A DNA stretch of 64,000 bases from Botryllus schlosseri (Eukaryota): assembly GCA_051294905.1 (NCBI GenBank), contig CM119371.1, positions 32,986,001 to 33,050,000 on the forward strand. The letters are read 5' to 3'. Every line of letters begins with the position of its first letter. The first letter of the stretch is position 1. A program made the translations under genes and the position numbers. This document shows positions 53,684 through 64,000 of the stretch, piece after piece. The notes under the pieces were generated by a model. It was not told the origin of the DNA, ran no database searches, and worked only from the letters and a program-made list of their open reading frames with translations.

Positions 53684-55250
53684 GTTAGTCACGCAGTGTG
53701 TTTCAATTTTCCATGGAGCCTATGTGATATGTGTTCTCTTTCGAAGTAAAGTCAGAACTGCTTTAATCAAGAATTATAATGAGATAACTTGCTAGGAGAA
53801 AGATGTAGTAATAATTTATTACTGTACAAATAAAATAAGGAAACGTCGACCTAAATGCCACATTTAAAGTAAGTGGGCACCTTTGCTACTGTCATAATGA
53901 TGATGACTAAGTAAAAACTGGAAGACAACGTTATATGACTGCGGGGGCTTTTCGTCGACTTTTCGAAGAGAAGTTTGAAAGCTATGTTGCTACACAAAAT
54001 CGCAGCCACATAGCGCAAAATTCTTCTAGCGTGTTCTGCTCATCTGAAAGAATCGTATATAATAATCATCGTAGTCCCTTTGAAGGCTATTCAGTACCAT
54101 GCTTCCTAATGCTTCAATTAGTGACGCATACTGCGAGCGATTTCACATGTGGACATTCTGGATATGAAAACTCGTAATAAGGAAATGATGAGAAGAGACT
54201 GCAGCATGTTATACCGAAATTATACCCCATTCATGTGTGCAATATAAAAATAAATGCTAAACATTTCCACGAGTGAGTCAGGAAATAGACTGTCTATATT
54301 ATAGCTTCTAAATGGGATGTGCTAGAATAGAAATTGAAGACAGATCCGTAATATGCGTGAAAAATACATCCCAAATCATCTATACACGATTTCATTTAAT
54401 AAATTTAGTTAAAATGTGGTTTCCGGTGTTATTGGTCGTTCGTAGAATCAAAATTCTTTTCCATTTATAACCTATCCCGATTTATGGCTATACGTTATAG
54501 ATGTCTCATCTGTAATGTATAAGCGAGACGTCGAATATCCTTTAGATATCCAAGATTTTACTTGATTGCCGTGCAAACGAAAGGTGCATTGATTGGTCTT
54601 TGATTGAATCTCGTCGCCGTGAATACCAGGTCAGATTTGTAAAATGAACGTATATTCAATATTCCTGTAAGTTGTCTTTGTAAAGGTTGATTTCATCGAC
54701 GTTATTGTGAACATTGGGTACGGACTATCGCACAGCCACAGACTCACTCAAGAACAAAATACGACAGGATGGCACCAACCTGATTATATAAATCTCCATT
54801 GGATCTGTTTCATATGGCACTCGGATGAATTTCCATGGGCTTCCGTACATATGAAAGAAGTTGCTCCAGTATACGAATGATTAATTATATCGCACCGTGT
54901 AACGGAGTATTCAATCAAATCTCCATCAATTACAGCCTGATTCTGTACGATGTGTTTTTCCACGGAGTACAATGCTGCGCGCCATTCTAAAAAATATCAG
55001 TCAATTCATGGTAGCAACGAAATGGACAATGGTTTGCACGGACGAGCAACCGGTCGAACTGCCCACTGATTTCAACAACCGTAACATTGTTTTTGAGACT
55101 GGAACACGTGAGTTGTAATTTTCTTTAGTTCAGGGGTTCCCAATCTGTGACCCATGATCTACTACGGGCTGATGTGCCTTTTTCAGGGGGCATGAAATAT
55201 TTTATCTCCTACCTCCTACCAGTCTTCTCTATTAGTGTGATATACTAGTA

Positions 55251-56136
55251 CAGTGGTTCTCAACCGGGGGTCCGTGAAGCATTTTTGGGGGTCCACAAAG
55301 CCTCTAAATTTGTGAAATTATTGACAACCTAATATTTATTTATTTTTCAATTAGGAAAAGCATGAGCCAGTTTCGCTTCGTAATTGCTAAAACTTTAGGA
55401 CTCACATGTAAAATGATCGTCTGAGATGAAATACCAGACTGTGAACACTCATTATAATTATCATATTGCCATTATCCTGCTTATGCAGACACACTGCTGT
55501 TTAGAGATGTTTTGTTGATGTTTGTCGGAAAATGAAATGTTGGAGATGGCAAAATCAAACAGGGTGACTTCGAAATGCTCGCGAAACATTTTGAATTTGG
55601 AGTTGTCAGTCTCATCAAATTATTAAACAGTCGTTTGAAACAGAAATTCATGAATCCTTCCTAATCTGTCCCTACGAAGGATTTGAAACCTCGCCACGAA
55701 ATCCATTTTCTTCTGTGACATAACCACTAAATAACTTCCATGTGTGATGTTAGATAGAAATGACTATCGGCTGGACGTGATATGTTCACACCAAAAATCC
55801 ACACCAAAAGCTGTCGTCGGAAGCGTTGCGCGTTAATATTACATTCGGCACCAAATATATTTGTGGAAATGGATTTTCGGCACTCGTTTATATCAAATCG
55901 AAGACGCGAATTTTCAAGACAAGAAATACAGCTGGAAAATTCCCTTCGAAATAATAAAAGTGTGTTTCTTATAGTGTGTTGTTAGTCTTTATCAGTAGCC
56001 TGCAATTATTATTTGCACAATACAGATGATGGTTGCAAGATAATTGAGCTAATTTTGAACGAAAACTAGATGGAGTTCGCGGGGTCCGTGACGGTCCGAA
56101 AGGGGTCCGCGAAGACAAAAAGGTTGAGAACCACTG
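55251..56136. mobile_element. Non-autonomous hAT element
   Basis: TIRs CAGTGGTTCTCAACC / GGTTGAGAACCACTG; perfect 8-bp TSD TACTAGTA. Confidence 0.9.
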
Positions 56137-58291
56137 TACTAGTACGACGACAGGCAACTTCTTGATCCTGAGCAGAGGCAGCCAGTAACGAAGTATTTCT
56201 ACTTTTTCGAAGTACTCATGTACATTTCCTCTACTTGCAGTACTTTTCCAAGTAAATCTACTTTTACTTAGTCATGTTTGGTAATTCAGAAACTTACACA
56301 GTTTGTCAAGTACAAGTATTATGATTTTCCAAAATGAAAGACCAAGACGGAGTAATTCAGAGTCTAAATTCGTTGAAATTCCAAATTTTTCATGTATGCT
56401 ATTTCGGGCCCTTAGTAGTTCATATAAAAGATTTGTCGCATTAAATAGAGCTCAGCAAAATGCCTAAAATCATATAGGATCAACCATTTTCAATTGTCAT
56501 CATGGTCGCACTAAGTGTTCATGTAGTATCCTATACGCCTTATCCATATAGTCCCATGTATTTTAACCACGGTCCTTGCAATCAGGCATTGGGTAATCCC
56601 GAATCATAGTCGATTACGAGGGAATTGCGTAATCGCAATCGATTACATCCCAATAAATTCCGCATTAAGGCAGTAATCGTAATCGTAATCGACTAATTCA
56701 CATATGTAATCGATTTCTTTGCGAAAGAACGATTACTTTTTATTCGTACAAGGACTATGCTATAAACTGAACATTCGTGAACATTCGTGAACATTCGTGA
56801 TAATATACCAGGTTAGTGATAAATGTCTGATTTTCAAACGCCATCACTCATTATTACGTCAGACGTATTAGCTTTGCTCGTCATTGCGTAAGAAGTGTTC
56901 ACACGTAGTATATTGGATGTACATTGTTGTGTGCTGTAAAAACATCCGTCATGCTGTATATCACGCAGGGCTGTGGAGTCGGAGTCGAAGTTTGGCTAAT
57001 TTTCGCTTGATGGAGTCGGAGTCGTGAAAACTGTGGTGGCTGCAGTCGGAGTCGAAGTCGTGGAAAAATACTGACTGGAGTCGGAGTCGGAGTTAGCGCA
57101 AATGACCCCGACTTCGAATTCGACTCCTACTGCAACTTCTGTATCATGTAAACAATTTACTTTCAAAGATATCTTTTAAATTACTATTAATAACTATAAT
57201 AGGATTTTTATGTACTATCAATCACTGTTATTAGTAACGATACAGATCAGGGACGTCCATCCCGTGACCCGCAGGCCCAATGTGGACCGCGAGAAGGTTT
57301 TGTGTAACGTGGGAGGTAATTCTCGAAATTAGATATAACATCAGGTAAAATTGCAAGACCAACCCAAGTTTGATTAGCCTGACCGCGAAATTTGATGATG
57401 ACTAAGGGTGAATTGCACAGATGCCGATTGAAAAGCAATCACCGATTGCCTTAATCATCGATAATTTAATCAGCGAGCAAGGTCAACTGGTGACTCTGTG
57501 GTACAGATACGGATCCGCCTGTGAGTTATCTTATCGCGGATTACTGACGCAAATCGACGCAAATGACGTACGTTAGCAATCAGCTGTTTTCGGTCGGTGG
57601 CGATATGAACTGTGTCGTCATAAGTGAGAGATGCGCTCTTCATAGATATCATGTATGTTTAGTTGATTTCATGTGCGTATAGCAGCTAATTAAACTGTTG
57701 CTACTGCACAGTGTAAGGTTATGAACGCCAGAACGCGTCAGAACAAACGTTTTGAGGTTATGAAAAGAGGTATTGTAGGAGCGTACCAAAATCATCGTCT
57801 TATACCGGTATTGCTATGCCAGAAACTCTACTACAAATTTCGTATATTGCAGGACATTTATCTCATTACTCAGGGATATCTAGAACTAGATAGATCCTTT
57901 TCAGATAGAATTTTATTTTCCGTTTATTGGTGCATTAGTCATGATAGCCGCTTCACCAATGTGAAGATATACAAATTGAGTTCATACACACACATTTGCA
58001 TACGATTTTGATTTCTCCATACCAATGACAATTGGCTCTGCAGGTGTGTAGAAGTAAATTTCAACCATTGCAAGGATCTAACTGTTGTGCAATGTGCTGT
58101 ACAAACAGTAATGCATTTATGTTACAGTTTTGCAATGCAAAAGTTATCTGCTGTCACCCAGTTGTGTAATCTTGTTTGTTGACAGCCAAACCTCACTTCA
58201 GTTTATCAAGAATTTGGTCAACCATAAAATTCAATAGAACCTGTTTTATAGAGAGCTATATTAATACATTGCAATAACGCTGAGAATAACA

Positions 58292-58480
58292 ATGGATCCA
58301 TACCTCAATGTTCTTGCTACCCTCCAGATGTTAGAGAGCCTAGCAGAAGATAGAGTGCCAAGAAGATTGGTCAAAGATAGAGCAAATCCATTGGAATATA
58401 CCCTGGAGGTTAGCGACACCGATAACGTGACAGCACAACCGAGCACGACTTCAGCGCAGACAGATTGTTCAAAATCACTT
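58292..58480 (+). pseudogene. Harbinger transposase remnant (N-terminus only; DDE core deleted)
   Basis: RVPRRLVKDRANPLEY resembles the N-terminal RxxRDRxNPLE motif of Harbinger transposases; no catalytic motifs follow. Confidence 0.55.
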
Positions 58481-58932
58481 CTCTGGAATGTCTCCACTTC
58501 TCTGGAATGTCTTGAGTATTTCATCTCGTGTTTGAACAACACCAATAACCGCACATTCAATTCCTCGTCAATTGTTTTTATTACGAGATCCAGTAGCCTA
58601 TGCTGTAGTCAGAATTGGACAACTAGAAAATCAGCTTTTCAAAATTAGACTATAATGATAATTATGGCTGCATATTTTTCCAAATTAGAATAGAATTATA
58701 GACAGTAGTTATTTTTCAATTAAATTAGAATAGGGATTACTGAATATGTATAAATTGAATCTGCACAACTCGCTTCGTATTGTAGAGTTCTACTGTAGAA
58801 TTTTCAGCAAAGCCAGAAATTAAGTTAGAATGTTATTACTGGCATTTTGCACTTACTATTCTAATTATACAGCCAATTAACTAGTTGTCCAAGTCTGGTT
58901 TTTGTGCTGTTTCGATTCGTTGCTGTATTTTC

Positions 58933-60470
58933 TCAATTTTGCAGTTCTTTTTCCATTTCCAGTTTCTGGTACTTGACATGCATCTGTAATTCAAAATATT
59001 TCATTCTGTTATCATGCTGCTCCTTTGCCATTTCCAGGACGCTCATTTCTGAACACCACATTTTGATCACCAACATTATAGTTAAAATATGATTTTTTTC
59101 ATCAACACACCTGCCTCTCTTTTTCGAGACAATTGGCGTTGAGCTTTTTGTGTTCTCTGTCTCATCTTGCATATCTGAATGTAGTAATGAATAAACTATG
59201 GGTTGCATCACCATCATTGTATGCTAACACTTACCAGTCTGGTGTTCCATCCTGAAGTCTGTCGAGGTAACTGAAGGAAGCGTCACATCGCCATCAACAA
59301 CGAAAAGGGCGGCAATTTCATTTGCTGCAAGAAAACTATGGTTAACAACAGTTGTATTGATTCAATAGAGCAACGTTAATGTCAAAACAACCCGCAATGT
59401 TCTATTTGAAGTATTCGTGTGGCTATGTTAGTACCAACATGATTCATATGGATTTCAAATTAGTACCTCAACTTACCATAACTGTTGTGACATGAAGAAC
59501 CAGCCTCTGTGTTCACATCCTCGTCGATGATGAAGGTGCAAACTGAATCTTTGGAATATGCATCTGAATAAACATTTTATTCAAAAATTTTAGTTAGAAA
59601 TACATTAGTAAAGTTACTTTCAAATTATTTTTTTATGGTTCATCTTAACCTCGCGAAGCAAAGCCAGACTGTTGCGAGTTAAAATTGGATGCAAGTTCCT
59701 CTGTCGTTGGTTGTAACATATTAAAAAAGTTTATGTCCTAAATGCACTCACCATTGTTCGTGTGACTATCGAATACGCAATTGTAGTCATACCGATGTTT
59801 CAAACATTCAATTTGAGATGGAATGAGGTCTGAAAAGTGATAATACCAGTGCTATAAAAATCAATTGCAGATTGATCAAGGAGCGGTTCAGATTAGGAAT
59901 TAGCTGAGCAGTGTTCCCCATGTGTCGTTTTCGTAGAGCTGATGACGTGCAGCAGTCTCTGGATATGGTTAGTTTGTTGGGAATTACAAAAAGACAATAA
60001 ATCCATGCTTCTCATGATCATCAAAATTTGTCTATTCAGTTCAAAACAAGTGTTAGAACGTGAGTATGAAGCACGCAGAGAGTCACGATAAACACAGATG
60101 GAAACAATACATCTCCTACTGCGAATTTTAAAGAATTGTCAGTAAAATTACCTATCGAAAACCTTTTCCAAGGAGTTCGTCAACTGGAGGTGGGCCAGTT
60201 TTGGCCCGTTCGACGCGTCGTGATGCACATAACTTTTTTGCTTTTCGTTTCAAATTTTTCAATATATTCTGGATTTGGCCAGTTGTACGGCTGCACGCGC
60301 AGGACCAGTATTCATAGCTGCATATTTCTTACTGATTACATCTCAGGCTGCATCTTTTTGTTTTGCCGTCAGTCTTTTTGTCTTCTTTGATTTCAATATA
60401 TTCTTCTATCAATTCAATTATTCTAAACTTTTCCTGTCTGTTGCAATTTTCCGTCCTCGTATTTTATTTC
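58933..60470 (-). pseudogene. Harbinger Myb/SANT-like DNA-binding protein remnant (probably multi-exon)
   Basis: Across frameshifts, 60430-60235 reads IIELIEEYIEIKEDKKTD..KDAA*DVISKKY..RAAVQLAK..KNLKRKAKK (Myb/SANT-like); coiled-coil-like tail LEMAKEQHDNRMKYFELQM at ~59050-58940. Confidence 0.7.
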
Positions 60471-61880
60471 CAAAGTATGCTATCGAATTCTGTACAGTGC
60501 AGTCTGTAAAAAATGTCATACCGGTAATCATAGCATAAGGTACTATCGGCTGTGGTAGGCCCACGCCCATAATATGCGCCAACAGTTGTAGTAGTGTCTG
60601 AGTACAATGTTTTCAGCTAATACCGCAACTGCACGTCAGAGCATCCAGTTAACACCATCTCAATACCAAATACTAGTGTACCTGCAGCCAGCCCAGACCG
60701 CAGTCAACGCGAAGCACACAGCCGATTAACTTTCTAGACACCTCGCTCGTCGGATAACATTTGGCCGATTAAAATTTACCGATTAGTGGAAGATCGGCAT
60801 CTGTGCCACGGAAACCAGCCGATTACTGACGTTTAATCGGCGATTTGGAATTAATCGACATCTGTGCAATCCACCCTAAAACATCAGTTTCGACGCATTG
60901 GCGTAAACAGTGGCAAGCCACATTCAGCGCAGATCTTCGCATATGACCATTAAGTAGAATATTCCGTAGCATATTTATTTGGCTTGAAATTTTTCTTAGC
61001 ACTTCGCACGATTTATTGTCACATTTCTTGCATTTAGTATTGGAAACCCTCCTAGAAATTATAAATACGCGTAATTTACAGAATTGAATCCAACTATATT
61101 CGCAATTAGGAGAGGACGTGTCGTCCAACACGGGACTTCGCTTGTGCACTCGAAGCGAGATCATCGGCGATGAAACATTGCGCAAAATGACAGATCAATG
61201 TTCACCGAAACCCTTGATATTGCTACGTCGAAAACGCCAAATAATCCTGTCCTAGCCAAATGAGCCCATTGTTATACAGAGGCGACCCCCAATATGTGCA
61301 AGCAATATATTTATGATCGAATTCATTCATTAACTTTGAAAAGATTTCGTGCTTCGCGTGACTAGGGCATGACTGAACACTGTACAGCTGCACACTGCGT
61401 TTTCATGACATAATTGTTATCAATTTTAAAACATAGTCATATAAGTCTTGTTTTCAATGTTACCGAATTCGGTTCATTCCTATCGGGCGACTAATAAAAA
61501 AGGTTATCAACATGCAAGTTGCCCACGCAATGGTTCGTAAATCTCATGCAACCCTTTGGCCGAAACGGTTGCCCCCCCCCCCTGACATAGATAGAATTGA
61601 GCATTATTTGCAAAATACAATTCAGTTGCATAAAGGAATAAAGAAACAATATGCATCTTCGCGATGCAGTAACAATTTGACGCAATTTTTGGAATTATAC
61701 CATGATCTTGTGACAGAGCAAATATATCGTCTGCAGACCAACCATGGTTGTAAATAACCAAACGCTTCTTCCACTTGACAAAATTATTGTGGTGTAGCGT
61801 AGCTGCTTGGGTCGAACAAATGAGAAAGACTGCAAGTCCTAGTCCTTGAATACTTGACTAAGTGCATGTAGACTAGACAT

Positions 61881-62305
61881 TAGGGTTGTTCAAAAAAAAA
61901 CTTGTTTTTCCAAATCTCACTCGCCTAGTGACTAAATCGTCAGGTTGTCTAAGAAAACGATGCACACCAATTTTGACTCAATTCCAACCAGTAGAGGCCG
62001 TGCAATCTTGAATTGAAATTTTTAATTTAATAATAAAAATTAAAAAAAAAAGTCGGAATTGACTCAAATTTGTTTTGCATCGTCTTTGAAGACAGCTTAA
62101 CAATTTCATGGGGTTGACAAAAAAATTTGAAAAATTTTATTTTTTTATTTTTAATAATAAATTAAAAATTTCAATTCAAGATTGCACGGCCTCTACTGGT
62201 TGGAATTGGGTCAAATTTGGTGTGCATCGTTTTCTCAGACAACCTGACGATTTAGTCATTAGGCGAGTGAGATTTGGAAAAAAAAGTTTTTTTTGAACAA
62301 CCCTA
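61881..62305. mobile_element. Palindromic hAT-type MITE related to 26114-26732
   Basis: Termini TAGGGTTGTTCAAAAA / TTTTTGAACAACCCTA; perfect 8-bp TSD CTAGACAT. Confidence 0.9.
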
Positions 62306-63832
62306 CTAGACATATGCTATTTGTCTACTTCCTAAATTTCGTTTATGACTAATGTCTATTAGTAGTGAGAGTGTGTGTGCTTGTAATCAGTACAGTGTGT
62401 AATGACAAAATTAGAAAGATGCATCTTTGTATTAATTGCTGACTCATACACAAGAGCAACACTTCGATTATTTCATCTACATTTTAATCATACAGTATGG
62501 GATGTATGTCGTGTACGAGTGATTCACACATATTAGGTTATTAGAGAGTTCATGTTATGAAAACTGATAAAATACGAAAAAATGAAGGGAATTTAGAAAG
62601 GCAATCTTTCGTGCATAACGAATTATTCAAGCTGTGCCACAATGGAACAATTTTGCATACCATCGTTAATCATATGTTTATGGTTATATGATAGCCATGC
62701 CACAGCGTCACTGTGGCATATAATTTTCGAAGCAAATTGGTAATACTGTTGGAATCGAGGTTGGAATCGGAGTCGGAGTCGGTATTTTTAAAGACTCAGG
62801 GGTCGGAGCCGGAGTCGGAGTCGGTACGTTTAAAGAATCGGGAGTCGGAGTCGGTCCATTGAAAATGTGTTGAGTCGGAGTTGGAGTCGGTGCTAAAATT
62901 TACCGACTCCACTGCCCTGATATCTCGTAATCAATGCACCCCAGACGCCACTACCTCGTAGCAGGAAAATAATCACCACTCGGCCTAGTTTCAAATAGTT
63001 ACTTATGTATTGCTGTTTAGTTATAATTAGTTAAACCATGGTCGTTTACAATGACTATGGTTTAACTATGCATATGGTCAAATGCAGTTTTACCGTTGCT
63101 GATTGGCGAGCAGTAGCTCTATAATGGTACGGTATCGCAATCTTCGTTTATTCATCATGACTACAAGTGAGGCACTGCCTTACTTATCTCTCCTGATCGC
63201 ACGCTCCTGGTATGCACCAGAGATGAGCGAGAGATATTATGCAATCCAACTCCTTATCTAAGATTCAAATCAAGACCCTATCATGCCTCAATAGAGAATT
63301 ATTCCGGCAATGACACTGTAAATTCGTTTGAAAGACGAGAATCGGCGACAGTTGCGTAAGCCTTAAAGCAGGGGTCGCCAACCCCCGACACACCAAATGT
63401 CACACCAAATGATTTGCCGCACACGACACATATAATACTCAAGTTTGGTGTAAAACGAGTAACATGCTTTCAACGCGGAAAAAATCGCAGACGATCCAAT
63501 AATATCTCGTAATCAATTGATATTAAGTAAAGTGTTTTGGGGCAGGTTTTATTTTTTATGAAATTGTGTTTCGAGCCGGGACCCAATTTCTTGACCATAA
63601 TGTGGGAAACTCTCAAAATATATATACGGCAACCTAATACCGTATAAAATCGTTTGGATGCTTTAGAGCAGGGGTGTGCACTGTACAGCCTGTGGAAGCG
63701 CAACTATGTAATGAACAAGCATTTCGGCGCTGGGCATTTTTACGTTAGGAGACGCGCCTTTCGTACAACATGCGACTATGCAACCCCGTGCGCAGTGTGT
63801 GCTGCCAAAATGATAGGCGGCGATAAAACCTT

Positions 63833-64000
63833 AGTAGTATAGTCGATCGCTCGCGAACGGCCATTGGTTTCTTATGGCGGGGTCGCATGCTAACGCGAAA
63901 ACCGGGGGTGGCATGCTAACGTTTTCGTCTTATGGCGGGGTGGCATGCTAACGTTTTCGTCTTATGGCGGGGTGGCATGCTAACGTTTTCGTCTTATGGT
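63833..64000. mobile_element. Terminus of a third Polinton-like element; continues beyond the window
   Basis: AGTAGTATAGTCGATCGCTCGCGA followed by CTTATGGCGGGG and GAAAACCGGGGGTGGCA modules, as at 6130 and 11234. Confidence 0.8.

Larger units (their letters stand above)
57406..60876. mobile_element. PIF/Harbinger element, internally deleted
   Basis: 24-bp TIRs GGGTGAATTGCACAGATGCCGATT / AATCGACATCTGTGCAATCCACCC (2 mismatches); TAA TSD on both sides; two convergent gene remnants. Confidence 0.88.
56966..62919. mobile_element. hAT-type element with (GGAGTC)n subterminal repeats, expanded by nested insertions
   Basis: TIRs CAGGGCTGTGGAGTCGG / CCGACTCCACTGCCCTG; 8-bp TSD ATATCACG / ATATCTCG; a degenerate relative starts at ~39139. 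Confidence 0.75.

Noticed and set aside
54490..55110. Additional coding exon ending at the GTGAGT near 55108
   Set aside because: The frames I translated contain stops and no recognisable motif

Overview
Eukaryotic, transposon-dense genomic DNA, probably from an invertebrate animal; the species cannot be identified from the sequence. The left half is a decayed I-group LINE (minus strand; ORF1 with three CCHC knuckles, ORF2 with APE-RT-RNase H). It is split inside ORF1 by a 26.8-kb insertion (6130-32942) with AGTAGT...ACTACT termini and a 6-bp target-site duplication (TSD), the end signature of Polinton/Maverick elements. No Polinton gene is recognisable in it. Instead it is one giant fold-back palindrome (~6.1-6.6-kb arms, 32-nt loop). 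A second, related 13.4-kb fold-back element (11234-24673; 6247-bp arms, 946-bp spacer, perfect ATCGAC TSD) and a small palindromic hAT MITE have inserted into its left arm. A third subfamily terminus begins at 63833. The right half contains a multi-exon NACHT/LRR (NLR-like) host gene. Its introns and downstream region hold a truncated CsRn1-type Gypsy element, an internally deleted Harbinger, a tRNA-derived SINE head and many hAT/Tc1 MITEs. The most striking feature is the family of gene-less, fully palindromic ~13-kb Polinton-ended elements, which resemble integrated snap-back (defective-interfering) genomes. All coordinates were read by eye; no database searches were run.
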